From Scenedesmus sp. PABB004 (taxonomy: Eukaryota): DNA of 64,000 nt. The stretch covers positions 930,001-994,000 of the forward strand of contig JABVCE010000008.1 of NCBI GenBank assembly GCA_014905635.1. The letters run 5' to 3'. Made by a program: the position numbers and the translations under genes. Of the stretch, positions 37,137-49,262 are shown piece by piece. The notes under the pieces are model-generated. The model had not been told where the DNA came from, did not search any database, and saw nothing but the letters and a program-made list of their open reading frames with translations. How positions within the stretch are numbered: the first letter of the stretch is position 1; the number at the start of each line of letters is the position of its first letter.

Positions 37137-40100
37137 TGCGCGCGCGCGCGTACCCGCGCAGGCGGCGATGGCCTCCAGCTGCTCCGCCTTGTGCCGCATG
37201 TCCAGCACCGCGCCGACCCAGACCACGTTGCAGAGGCCCTGGATGTCGCCGGCGCTGGCGGCGCCGCACGCGTCGCGCGTCGCGCCGCACGCGAGCTCGG
37301 CCGCGCGGTCGATGAGCGGGTCGAGCAGCGCGGCGTCGCTCCACCCGAGCATGCCGCACGCAAACGCGATGTTGGACACCTCCTGCTGCTTCAGGCGCGG
37401 CACCATGACGCGCACGACGTGCTGCAGCGCCGCGCCGGACAGCAGCGGGCGCGGCAGGTACGGCGGCACGAGCGACCCCGCCGCCCACAGCGAGTTGGCG
37501 AGCGCCTGCGGGTTGGCCTCGGGCAGCTTCGACGCGAGGCCCTTGAACAGCGCCTCCAGCCGCGCCGCGGGCACCGCCAGGCGCGCGCCGCCCGCGCCGC
37601 GCAGCGTCGCGACCGCCCACAGCGAGTTGGCGAGCGCCTGCGCGCGCGGCCGCGCGCGCCGGCGGAGCGGCGCGGGCGGTGGGCGGGGCCGCCGGCCGCG
37701 CGCGCACGCGCGCTGCGCGTGCTGCGCGTGCCGCGCGCGCCGCGCAGGGGCGCCGCGCCTGCGGGTTGGCGTCGGCGTGGGGCAGGCGCGCCTCGAGCGC
37801 GGCGAGCAGCGCCGTCACGTGGCGCCGCGACGCCACGAGCCGCATCGTCGCGAGCGCCCAGAGCGTGCTGGAGATGCACTGCGCGCTCGAGGCCGGCAGG
37901 GCCGGGTCGGACGCGATCGCGGCGACGAGGCGGCTCGCCTGGCCCTGCGGCAGCACGACGCCCTGCTTTGCGACCGCCCAGAGCAGGCCCGAGAGCGCGC
38001 GCGGGCCGGGCGACAGGCGCTCGACGGCGAGCACGAGCCGCGCGAGCGTGGGCGGCGGCAGGGGGCGCCGCATCACCGCGACCGCCCACAGCACGTTGGT
38101 GATGTGCTGCGCCTTGGCGTCCGGCAGCTGCGCCAGCAGCGCGTCCAGCAGCGGCGCGAGCTGGTCGCCGCTGAGCGACTGGCCGAGCGTCGCGGCGCCC
38201 CAGATCGTGTTGGAGATCTCCTGCGGGCTCGCGCGCTCCCACAGCCCCGGGCGCGCGCGCGCGAGCAGGTCGGACGCGTCCAGGCTGCGCGCGCGCATGA
38301 GCGCCGCCGCGTAGAGCGCGTTGCTCATCGACTGCGCCGCGGCGTCGCCCGCGGACGCGACAAACGCGGGCAGCAGCCGCCGCTCCACGAGCGCGCGCGC
38401 CGACCGGTGCACCTGCGGCGGGGACGGCGGCGCCCGGGGGGGGGGGGGGGGGGGCGCCGGGGTGCGTGTGTGGGGGGTGTCGAGGCGCGCCGTGTGGCGG
38501 CGCGCCAGGCGCGCGCGCGGGCCGCGCCCAGCGCCGCACCTCGGCGTCCGAGGTGGAGACGGCGTACAGCGCGTTGGCGAGCAGCCGCGGCGCCTCGCCC
38601 GGCGCCATGGCGCCCGCGTCCAGGCCGCACACAAACTGGTCGAGGCACGCGCCGAAGAGGTCCGCAGGGCGCTGCGGCGGGCGCTCGGGGTGCGCCTGCC
38701 CCTGCAGCGCGGCGGGCCGCTGCGGGCGCTGCAGCTGCTGCTCCAGCGGCCGCGGCGCGCCGCCGCGCGGGTTGTGGCGCAGCCGCGCCGCGGTGAGCAT
38801 CGCCTCGACGCAGTGCCGCGGCTTGGCGGTGCCGAGGCGCGGCGCGAGGATGCGCCACAGCACGTCCAGCAGCGCCGCCTTCTTGGCCGGCGGCGCGTCG
38901 ACGCACTTGAGCCGCGACATCAGCGCGCACAGGTCGCGCATGACCGCGCGCTCGCCGTGGCTGCGCACCAGCCTGGCCAGCTCCCGGTAGTCGCGGCTCC
39001 GGATGTCGTCCAGCGGCCGCGGGCGGGCGGGCGCCCCCGCCAGGTGGCGGCCGCCGCCGCGCGCGCTCGCTTTGCCGCCGCCGCCGCCGCCGCCGCTGCC
39101 GGGCGGCGGTGGGAGCGCGCTGCTGTGGTTGCCGCTGTCGTCAGAAACGTCAGCGCGGGCGGGCGGGCTGCCCCCCGTGCTGGCGCCGGCTCTGCTGCTG
39201 CTGCTGCTGCTGCTTGCGCCACGGGCGCGGCTGCTGCTGCTCGCGCCGCGCCCGCGGCTGCTGCTTGCGCCGCGACCGCGGCTGCTGCTTGCGCCGCGCC
39301 CGCGGCTGCTGCTGGCGCCGCGCCCACGGCTGCTGCTCGCGCCGCGCCCGCGGCTGCTGCCGCTGCCGCTGGCGCGTGGCTGCACCTGAGAGGGGCTGCC
39401 GCCGCTGCCGCCGCCGCTGCTGCTGCTTGGCACCTCGGCAGCTCCAGCTGCCGGCGAGCCGCCCCGTTCGCTGCTGCCGCTTCTGCTCCTGGCCTGGCAT
39501 GCGCTGCTGCTGTCGCCGCGGCCGCGGCCGCCGCTGCCGCGGCCCCTGCCGCCGCGGCCCCTGCCGCGCCCCCGGGTGCCCGGCCCGGCCGCTCTGCTGC
39601 CACCGGCGCCGCCGCCGCCGCCCCCGCCGCCCTCGCCGCCTCCACCGTCGCTGACTTGCATGCCAGCCATGCTGGCGCCAGGGCCGCCCGCGTCGCCCGC
39701 GGCGCGTGGGCCCTTGCTCGTCTTGGCCTTCTTCGCCACAGGCCCGCCGCTGGCGCCGCCCGGCCGCTTCTGCTTGGCCTGCGGCTTACTGGTTGGCGGC
39801 GGCGCGTCGTTGCCACTGCTGCTGCCGCCGCTGCCGCTGCCAGCGCCACCGCCGCTGCCACCGCGCGCGCCGCTGCCCGCTGCGCCGGCTGGCGGCCCGC
39901 CCTTGCTGCGGCTGGCCGGCGGCGCCTTGCCGGGTCGCGCTGGCTTGCCTCCAGGCTTCTTCTTGCGGGAGCCGGCGCCGCTGTCGCGACTGCTGCTGCC
40001 CGCGCCGGCGCCGGCGCCCGGTGCCGCCGCTGCTCCGCGCGGTGCCGCCGCGAGCGCAGCGACTGGTCGCGCCAGGCGCTGCGACAGGCGCTGCGCCCCG

Positions 40101-40156
40101 GGCCTCTGGCACCAGGGAGCACGCGCCGGGCCCGCGGCGGGCCTCACATGCGGCAT
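36354..40156 (-). CDS. Octotricopeptide-like helical repeat protein with C-terminal RAP domain (organellar RNA metabolism); start uncertain
   Basis: Repeats PQEISNTIWGAATLG, AQHITNVLWAVAVM, PRALSGLLWAVAKQG, AQCISSTLWALATM, PQALANSLWA; RAP domain LLRVDVA..LAVEVDGPWHF..RDRALTARGYVVVSLPWWEW. Confidence 0.9.
39206..39359. repeat. ~24-bp coding tandem repeat encoding (SSSRGRGA)~6
   Basis: gctgctgcttgcgccgcgcccgcg-like units in the N-terminal region of the OPR-RAP gene. Confidence 0.85.
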
Positions 40157-40849
40157 GCGGGCCCGCCGCCGCGCGGCGCCGCTGCCGCCCGGCGGCGCCG
40201 GGGGCCGGCCAACGGGCGCGCGGCCGTGCGCCGAGGAGTTCACAGGGAGCAGCAGAGTTTCGGGCCGCGGGCCAGGGACCTTGGTGCCGCGCCGCTGCTG
40301 CTGCCGCCGGACTGCTGCAACCGCGGCCGTGCGTGCCGGTGTGCCGCTGGGCGGACCGAGCGGAGCCGCATTCCCACCGCGCTGCACGTCGGGCGGCGAA
40401 TCGGGGTGGTCAAGGGGGGTTCACCGCGCTCGCACCGCGGCGGCGCAACAACGCGAAGAACGATTCGATCGATCAATCCGCACAGAGAGATGCCCGACGG
40501 GGTGTGTGCCAGCACCCCACCGCCGGCGGCGTGCGTGCCGCCACGCCCGCGCGGGCGCGGGCTTGCACAGCGCGTCGCCCGCAAGCGCCAACACACGCGC
40601 AGCCTGCCTAGAGTGCAGTGGAGCTATGCCTACACAGAACAGCAAGTGCTGCCTGCACAAACAAACACGGACGAATCACACGCTGAGGCGCGCGGCTGGC
40701 TGGGCCGCCACACAGGGTGGCGGTCTGCAGCGGTGCCGAGGCCAAGATGGATAACAGCTCAATGCACAGCTGGATCTTCGACTGCGGCGCCACAGCCGCA
40801 GAGGGGATGCCACACGCCCTCACTGCACACACACACATAAACGCGCAGT

Positions 40850-43597
40850 TCACGCGCCGCCGGCGCGCAGCATGGGCCCGTCGTAGAGCCCCGCCGACGC
40901 GCTGATCTTAATCAGCGCCATGAGAACGGGCAGCAGAAGCGCCACGCCCTGGATCGTCAGCGACGTCGCGAGCTCCGCGCCGACGCCGTGCTGCTGGCAG
41001 ACCAGGAACGCGAGCGGCGCGAGCGGGCACGCGGTGAGCAGCACGAGCGACAGCCCGTACTCGTCGCGCAGCCCGGCCGCCTGCGTGAGGCCGATCATGA
41101 GCGCCGGCAGCGCGACGAGCTTGAGCGCCAGCAGCAGCGCGACCTGCGGCGCGCGGCACGGCGCGGCGCGGCGCGGCGCGCACGGTCAGCCGGCGACGAG
41201 GGGAGGGCGCACGCGGCGCGCGCCCCGTGCCGACCGCACCTGGAGCTGGCTGCTGGGCGAGAAGACGCGCTTGTTGTGCATCCAAGCCCCGTTGGCAAAC
41301 AAAAGCACCGGGATGCACGCGCTGGAGAACCAGGCCAGCACGCCGTCAACCCACGCCAGCGCCGGCAGCGATGACGGGCTGTCGGCGTCCAGGAAGCGCC
41401 GCGCGCCCGAAACGCTCAGAGCGATCGCGCCAAAGTTCAGCCAGAGGTGGAAGCTCGACGCCTGCGACACCACCGTGCGCACCAGCAGCGGGTGCGCGGC
41501 CGCGAAGGAGGCAAACGCCGCGAAGCAGCGCCAGCGCGGCCGCGCCGGCGGCGGGGCCGCGCCGCGCGCGGGCGCCGCCGCCGCCGCCGCGCCGGCCGCG
41601 CAGCTGAGCTGCAGGCGCGACGCCGGCGCGCCCGCCGCCGGCCGGCCGAGCAGCAGCCCCGTGCGGCTGTTGATGCGGCCGCTGTCGGGCCGGGCGCCAA
41701 AGAGGCTGCTGCTGCCGTCGGCACTCGCGCCCGTTGGCAGCGGGGGCCCGCCGCCCACGGACGCCGCGGCGGCGTCGTCGGCGGCCAGGTGCGCCGCGAG
41801 CTGCGCCTCGTGCGCGTCGTCGCGGGCGCCGGCCATGCGATGGAGCTCCACCGCGCTGTCCGCGGCCGCCCATGCGGGGGCGCCGCCGCCGCCCAGCGAG
41901 CGGCGGCGCTGCAGCGGCTCCGCCGGCTTGCCCTCGGGCTTGCCCTCCGGCTGCTGCGCCGCCGGCGCGGGCGACGTCGCGCCCGCCGCCGCGCCCGCGG
42001 AGGCCGCGGGCGCGCCGCGGCCGGCGCCGTCGCGTGCCAGCAGCGGCACGACCGCGCCCGAGAGCGCGTCGCGCGCCTGCTGCTTGCGCAGCGCGGCCGA
42101 GCGCGCGGGGCTCAGCGGCATCGCCGCCGCGACCGCGCCCGCCTTCGTGCTGAGCGAGCGCGACAGGCGGCGCGTGAGGCCGGAGAGCGGCCGCCCGCCC
42201 TGCTGCTGCCGCGGCGTCGTCGCCGGCGGCGGCTGCGCGCGCGGCGTCGCCGTGCCGGCCGCCGCGCCGGCCGCGCCGTCGGACGCCGCCGCCGCCGCAA
42301 ACGGCGTGGACAGGCACAGGCTGTCGGCGCTGTCCTTGGCGCGGGCCAGGGTGGGGCCGCCGCCGGCTGCGCGCGGGCCCTCCACGTGCACCTCCAGGTA
42401 CGCCGGGTATCGCTGGCGCTGCTGCGCCGCCGCCGCCGCCGCCGCCGCGCCCGCGCCCGCGGGGCCGGCCGGCGCGCGGCGTGCGTCCTCGTCGAGCTCC
42501 GACGCCGACCAGTAGCAGTAGCGCAGCGACGCCACGGGCGCCGCCGGCGGCGCGGGCCGACCGACGCCTGTGACCGGCAGCGCTGCTGGGCGCGGCGCGG
42601 GCGCGGCGTCGGGCGCGCCAGCCGCCGCGGCCGCGGCCGACGGCACGGCGCGCTCGTGGCCGTCGTCCCACTCGGCGAGCTCGAAGCACGCGATCGCGGC
42701 CGGCAGCAGCTGCACGAAGAACAGCACGCCTGCGACCAGGCGGCGCGGGGCGGCGGCAGGCCGGCGGCGGCGGGTCGGCGCGTGGCGCACAGCGCGGGCG
42801 CGCGCGCAGCGGCGGGGCGGGGCGCGGCGCGGCGCGGCGCGGCGCGGCGCGGCGGCGCGCACCCAGCAGCATCGACAGCGCCGCCCCCTGGCGCCCCACG
42901 GTCGCGACGAGGACGGGCCAGCCGACGCAGCCGGTGTTGTTGGTGGTCAGGAACAGGACGTGCTGCCCGAGCGCGCGCGGGCTGGACCGCCGCCCGCGCG
43001 CGAGGTGCAGCGCGAGGCACGCGGCCTGCGCGAGCACGACCCACAGCACGTACACGCCCAGCGCGCGCCACGCGCGCAGGTCCTGCAGGTCGGTCTTGAT
43101 GCCCAGCTGGCAGGGCAGCACGGCGGGCGAGCGCATGGGGCGCGGGTGGCGCCAGCACGGCGGGCGGCGGGCGGCGTGAGGCAGCGCGGAACAGCGCGGC
43201 CGCCGCGGCGCTGCAGCGCGCGCGCAGCTGGCGCACGCACCAGGTGCACGATGAACGCGGGGAAGGCGGCCCGCATCGCGAAGGCGTTGAGCTGCCGGCT
43301 CAGCACCTGCGGCGGCGGCGGCGTGGCGGTGAGGCGCCGCTGCTGCCGCCGCCGCCTGCCCGGCCGCCGCTGTGCCCCACCTCGGCGTCACACAGGCGCA
43401 GCCGTGCCGTGAGCCATCCCGCGGCGATGGAGAGCAGGATTTGCAGGCCTGTGCGAGCCGGCATCGCATGTCCGGGGCGGGCGGCGAGACATCGCGTGCG
43501 CCCCGAGCTGCCGGCGCGGCGCGGCCCCCCCCGGCCCGCGCCGCCTGCTCGTCAGCCGCGGCGCACCGGCGTTGGTCACGCCAGTGAAGAGCCACAT
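40850..43597 (-). CDS. Auxin efflux carrier (AEC/PIN-like, Mem_trans) transporter with long central loop
   Basis: MWLFTGVTNA|GLQILLSIAAGWLTARLRLCDAE|VLSRQLNAFAMRAAFPAFIVHL; LTTNNTGCVGWPVL; ACIPVLLFANGAW; LKLVALPALM; TACPLAPLAFLVCQQHG. Confidence 0.85.
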
Positions 43598-43843
43598 GAT
43601 TTCGTGTCGATGGCACGGTCGTCCCGAGCTACTGTCGGAGTCGCTGTCTCGTTGCGATATCAGCGTCGTGCGCCATGCCGGCGCGGGGGAAACATGGAGC
43701 GAGTGGCGGGGCTTGCAGGAAAGCTGCGCGGGTGTGCGAGCCGCGGCGGTTCTGCGTTGCCTGCTCAAGCGCCGCCGACTGCTGCCGCGCATGTCGCAGC
43801 GCGTGTCGCAGCGCGGCGGGCCTCCGCCCCCGTCCCCGCCGAC

Positions 43844-45598
43844 TCACGACTGGCCGCCCCTGCCGGCGGCCGCGCGGAGCTTGCCCAGCACCGCGTCCTC
43901 AAACGCGGTGCCGACGTGGACGCCCGCCGGCGGCGCCGGCGCGGGGCGCGCCGCCGCCGGCGGCATGCCCGGAAAGCTGCTGAACCCGCCGCCGGCGGCG
44001 CCGCCGCCGCGCGCCGGCGGCATGCCAGGGAAGCTGCTGAAGGCGCCGGGCGCCGCCGCGCCCGGCGGTGCCGCGGGCGCCGCCGCCGCCGCCGCCGGCG
44101 CGGCGCCGGGGAAGAGCGGGCGGCTCGGCCGCGGCGCCGGCCGCGGCGCGGCGCCCGCCGCCGCGGCCGCTGGCTGCGCTCCCCCGCGCCCGCGCCGCCG
44201 CCTGCCGCGCCATCCGCGCCATCCGCGCCCGCGCCGCCGCCGCCGCCGCCTGCCGCGCCAGCAGCCGCCGCTGCTGCCCCGGGCATGACCTTGAGATAGG
44301 GCGTGACGAGCAGCGGGTTGGACAGGTCGCCGTGCACCTCGCCCGCGGCGGCCTGCGCGTCGGCCATGCTCCCGAGCACCACGAGCGCCGACGCCTTGCG
44401 CCGGGAGCGGCCCTCCTTGAGAATGACGTCCTCGACCGGCCACGCCGCAAACACCGACCGCAGCGCCGCGCTCGTGTAGGCGCCTGCGCCGGCGCGCGGG
44501 CGGCGCGCGGGCGGCGTGTGCGCCGGCGCCGGCGCCGGCGGGCGGGCAGCGGGCGCGCTGCCGGTGCCCCAACGCACGAGCGGCGGGGCGCACCGATGGT
44601 CGGGTCCCAGCTGGCCTTGACGGTGCGCAGCAGCAGCTGCGTCGTGTCGTCGTCGTCCGACGCGCCCGGCGTCGCCGCGCCGCCGCTGCCGCCACCGCCG
44701 CCGGCGCGGCTCGATGGCCCTGCCGCGGCGCTGCTGGCCGCGCGCGCGGCCGCCGCCTCGGCCGCCGCCGCGGCGCGCTGCTGGTGCTCCTGCGCCATGC
44801 GCGCGCGCAGCGACTCCAGCTCGCTCTGCGGCGCCGCGGCGGCGGCGGCGGCGGGGTCGGCTGGCCGCGTCGCCCGCGCACGCGCGCCTCCCGCTCGCGG
44901 CAGCCACGCCCGCCGCGCACCTTGAGCTTTGCGCGCGCCGTCTCCTCCGCGCTCCTGCTCTGCACGCCCTCCCGCTCCTTGCGCTCGAGCTCCTCGCGCA
45001 GCCGCTGCCGCTTCGCGTCCTGCTTCGCCAGCCGCTGCTCGCGCGCCGCCTGCGCGCTGCGTGGGCGGCGCGGGCGGGGCGGGCGTCGGCGGCGCGCGGG
45101 CGCGGGCGCGGGCGACAGGTGGCCCCCCGTCCACGCTGCGCTGCGCGGGCCGCGGCCCCTCACTCGAGGAACTCGTCCAGCGCGCCGCGCGCGGCCTTGT
45201 CCGACAGCACGGCATAGGCCTTCTTGAGCTCGTCAAACTCCTGGGCTGCGCGGCGCGGCTCGGCGGCGGTCCCGGCGGCGTCGGCGGCGGCGGCCGCCGC
45301 GCAGCGCGTCGCGCCCCCGCGGCGGCGGCGGCCCGCACCTGCGTTGGGCGTCTTGGCCTTGTCCGGATGCTTGATCAGCGCCAGCCGGCGGTAGGCCTGC
45401 GCGCGGCGCGGCGGGCAGCAGCGGCGCCGGTGGGCGCGGCCGCCGCCGCGGCGCGTGCGCTGCTCTCCCGACCCCGACGCCTGCGCTAGCGACCAAGGTC
45501 CCGGCGGCGCGGACCTTCTTGATGTCGTCGATGCCGCACTTGGGGTCCTCCAGCCCCAGAATGGCGTAGGGATTCTTGCCCTCCACGAACTGCTCCAT
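43844..45598 (-). CDS. DNAJC17: DNAJC17/Cwc23-like J-domain plus RRM protein
   Basis: NPYAILGL..IKK|AYRRLALIKHPDK..AYAVLSDKAARGALD; KRQRLREELERKERE; RTVKASWD..YTSAALRSVF; C-terminal FEDAVLGKLRAAA. Frameshift near 44180. Confidence 0.85.
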
Positions 45599-45887
45599 GC
45601 TGGCCGCTGCTCCCGCTGAGCGCGCCCTGATGGGCAGCTTGCCCGACGGGCGCTTGTCCGGCCGTGTGGGGAGGGCTGCACGCTCACAGGCGGCGCCGGC
45701 GCCGCCACCGCCGCCGCTGCTGCTGCTGTCGCCGGCTCGTGCCGGCGCCGAGCGCGGGGGGCGGCGCACACGCGTGTGCGCGTGTGTTATGGCAAGCAGG
45801 GAATGCCAGCGACCTGTTGCCGCCGCCGTGTTGCCGCCACACGCACGGCTGCGTCGTGACAGACCCGGGAACCCCGCGCCCCGGGGT

Positions 45888-47506
45888 TCACGACACAAAC
45901 ACGCCGCCGATGCGAATCGGGTGCGCCTCCGCCAGGCGGCGCGCGAGCGCGGCCTTGCTCCCGGTGTAGGCCGCCGCGAGCGCGGCGTGCTCGGGGCGCG
46001 CCGTGTAGAGCGCGTCGGCGTCGCCGTCGGCCGCGCCCCCGGCGCCCCCGGCGGCGGCCGCGGCCGCCGCGTCCAGCTCGCCAGCGAGGGCGTGCAGCGC
46101 GTGGTGCAGCACCTCGCCCAGCGGCAGCTGCAGGCGCCGCACGGCCGCGGCGTCGTCGGGCGGCTCGCCCGCCGCCGCCGCCGTCGCGGCAGCCGCCGCG
46201 ACTGCCGCGTGCAGCACGCCCAGCGCGGGCTTGAGCCGCCCGTCCAGGCCCCCGGCCCGACGGTGAGGTCGCGGAAGCCCGGCGGCCCCGGCGGGGCGTC
46301 GCTGTCGGCACCCGCCTCGGCGGCAGCGTCCGCTTCGGCCGCGCGCGCGCGCAGCGCGCGCGCAAAGCCCGGCGACGCGAGCAGCGCGGCGGCGGCGCCG
46401 CCGCCGCCGCCCGCGAGCTTGGCCGCCGCGGCTGCGAGGTAGCGCTCCGCCATGGCGGCGAGGTCTGCGAACAGAATGACGCTGTCATGGGGGTTGCCGC
46501 ACGGCACAAAGCCAAACAGCAGCACAAAGGGCTCGGCCGGCCAAGAGCCATAACAGATCGACACCTGCGCGCCGCGGCGCACGCCGTCGCCGCCGGCGAC
46601 GAGCTGGAAGAAGGAGCCGCCCGCCGCCCCCGCCGCCGCGGGCGCGACCTCCTCCAGCGCGGCGAGGCCCTGGCACGCGCCGGGGCTGTGCAGCAGGCGC
46701 ACGGCCGCGCACGGCGCGGCGCTGTCGTGGTTGCACATGTCGATGCCCGGGACCGCGAGGTGGCGGCGGCTCGTCGGCTCGAAGAAGCAACGGCTGTGCA
46801 GCACCTGCACCGCCCACAGGAAGTCGCGCCAGCCGCAGCCGATGGCCGCCAGCTCGCCGGCGAGCGCGTCGTAGCAGTCCTCGAGCACCTGGCGCATGTT
46901 GACCACCGCCCGTATCGACGCCGGCACCGCGAGCAGCTCCACCTCGCGCTGCGTGAACTCGACCGGCGTCGGCACGTCCCGGGGCAGGCTCGCGAGCCAC
47001 GGCTCCCACGCGCTGCCGCCCGCGCCGGCGGCGTGGTGCTCGCGCAGCAGGCGCAGCGCCATCTCCGCCGCCCAGTGCATCTCCAGCTCATCGGTGGGCT
47101 GCGGCGGCCCAGGCGGGGGTCAGGGCTGGCTGTGGGTGATGGGCTGGGGGCCAGCCAGGCTGGCCGCGCCGCACGCCGCGCGCCGCACCTGGCTCACAAA
47201 CACGTGCTCCATCGGTACCGCCAGCAGCACCTCTCCGGGCTGCACGTCGCGCAGCGCCACCAACGTGCGTCCGTGGTCGCACTCCTGCACCGCCACCGCC
47301 AGCGGCTCGGCCTGCAGGTCCCCGTCCCGGCCGGTGGCCCACGACAGGAGCTGCTGGTCGCCCGCGCGCGCGGCGGCGCCGGTTGCTGCTCGATGACGCG
47401 CCGGCAGCCGCAGCACGCGGGCCGGCGGCGGCCGGCCGGCACCCGCGCTGCCGCCGCGGCACTGCTGCTGCCGCCGCCCGGGCCGGGGCGGGGCGCGCCT
47501 GATCAT
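45888..47506 (-). CDS. SET-domain methyltransferase, Rubisco LSMT-like
   Basis: GRTLVALRDVQPGEVLLAVP; WEPWLASLP; FLWAVQVLHSRCF; LAVPGIDMCNHD; QVSICYG..LLFGFVPCGNPHDSV. Frameshift near 46250. Confidence 0.9.
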
Positions 47507-47779
47507 GGCGGCTGGCAGAGAGAGCGCGCCCCGCGCACGTGACTCTGACGGCGCCGGCAGCGCCGCCGCCGCTAAAGAGCGGCGTGAGAGGGGGCGTTGA
47601 AGCGCCGCTCGCTACTGACGCGGCGCCCGCCCACGCGCTGCGCGGCCGCCGCAGCCTCCCAGGAGCTCCGCCAGCTGCTGTGTTGCTCATTCATTCGTCG
47701 TGGAACCAAGGCGCTTGGTGCTGCTGGAGACGCTGCCCGCAGCGCGCGCCTTGCGTCCTGCTCCTGCGCGGCCCGTCGC

Positions 47780-48142
47780 ATGAACCGCCTGGTGCTGCTG
47801 GAGACGCTGAGGGGCCTGCAGGCTGCGCCTGTTCCAGCCTGCTCCTGCGCGAAGGGCCTCGCCGTCGGCGCGGCGCAGGCGGCGAGCGCCGTGCGGGAGG
47901 CGGCGTGCTCGCTCTGGCGGCCCCTACCGGGCGGCGCCGGCAGCGGCGCCGCATCGGCCGCCGAGCTGCGGCGAGCGGCGGAGGCGCCCGCTGCTGCTGA
48001 ACGGCAAGCGGCGGCGGCGGCGCCCGGCGGCCCGCCGAGCCGCCCGCCGGAGCTGCTGCCGCCAGACGCAGGCCCGCTCGCGGCGGGCGCCGCCCTTTAC
48101 ATGCGGCGCCTGCTCGCGCACGCGGCCGAGAGAGAGCGCTGA
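47780..48142 (+). CDS. Possible small hypothetical protein
   Basis: Single ORF MNRLVLLETLRGLQ.. with no recognisable motif. Confidence 0.3.
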   Translation: MNRLVLLETLRGLQAAPVPACSCAKGLAVGAAQAASAVREAACSLWRPLPGGAGSGAASAAELRRAAEAPAAAERQAAAAAPGGPPSRPPELLPPDAGPLAAGAALYMRRLLAHAAERER

Positions 48143-48303
48143 GGCGCCCCGACGGCCACGGCCTGCGCGCGACGCCCCGAGAGAGCCGGCTGCTCGCCGG
48201 CTTGCGCTCGCCAGGCCGCCCCGTGCCCGCGGGCGGAAGCCGGGCGGCAGCGAGGTGCCGAGGAGGCCGGAGCGCGCGCGCGCGTCCGTGCGCCCGGCGC
48301 GCG

Positions 48304-48577
48304 TCACCGCGTGAGCGGCTGCGCCGCGTCGGACGCCGTCCTTGTGACGCGCGCGAGCATGCCGGACACGTCGCCAAGCAGCTCGGCCCAGGCCCCCGCA
48401 AACAGCAGCAGCGCCGTGGCGTCCAGGGTGAGCACGCCGCCGCCGCCGCTGTTGGCGAGCGTGAGGCCGAGCAGGACCAGGGCCGCCTTGACCACGCCGA
48501 GCGAGGTGTACACGACAGACACGAGGTCGGCGGCCAGCGTCACGGCGCGGTAGGCCATGGCGCGCGGCGGCGCCGAC

Positions 48578-48614
<37 letters not shown>

Positions 48615-48894
48615 CGCCCCGCAGCGCGCGGCGGCCCGCGGTGGCGCTGCTCGCGGCCGCCGCCGCGCGCGCGTGGTCGGCCGCACGCACGGCGCGCAGC
48701 GCGGCGACGCTGCTCCGGATGGACGCCACGGCGCGGCCGAGCGAGGCCTGCGTCGCCGCCATGCGCGCGCGCTGCGCCGCGGTCAGCGGGGCCACGCGGA
48801 CGGTCGCCGCGCCGCCGCCGGCCAGCGCCGGCGTGGTGGCCGCCGCGAGCAGGAGCAGCAGCAGCAGCGCCGCCAGCGCGGCCGCTGGCGCCAT
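48304..48894 (-). CDS. Secreted/membrane helical protein (intronless), paralog of 49263-49652
   Basis: Signal peptide MAPAAALAALLLLLLLAAA; hydrophobic C-terminal helical hairpin. Confidence 0.75.
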
Positions 48895-49262
48895 GGCCCG
48901 CCCAGAGTGGTCAGGAGCGCGATGGTGCCATGCCCCGCGGCCGCAGCGCGGCTGGTCGCTCGCGGCGCAAGCGCTGCTGGCGGCGCCGGCGAGAGCTGCA
49001 GCCGTCGCTGCGGCGGCCGTGGAGAGTCGCTGCTTACGCGTTGGGGGAATGGGGCGAGTGCGCGGGGCCGGGGGAGCACGGGGCGGGTGACGCGGGGCTG
49101 GTGGCGCGAAGCCGAAAAGCTGGCCGCGGAGACCGCCCCCTGCCAGGCGCGCCCCGCGAGCACTTCACCGAGGTCGCTCCGGGCACGTCGGAACGCTCAC
49201 CACCAGCTGTCGAGCTCGCGGGCCGCCTCCGCTGTTCCAGCGCGCGTCGCCCTGCGCGCGGC

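Noticed and set aside
40400..40850. Lower-GC intergenic stretch as a possible ncRNA
   Set aside because: No tRNA, snRNA or snoRNA hallmark that I can identify; it fits a 3' UTR/promoter.
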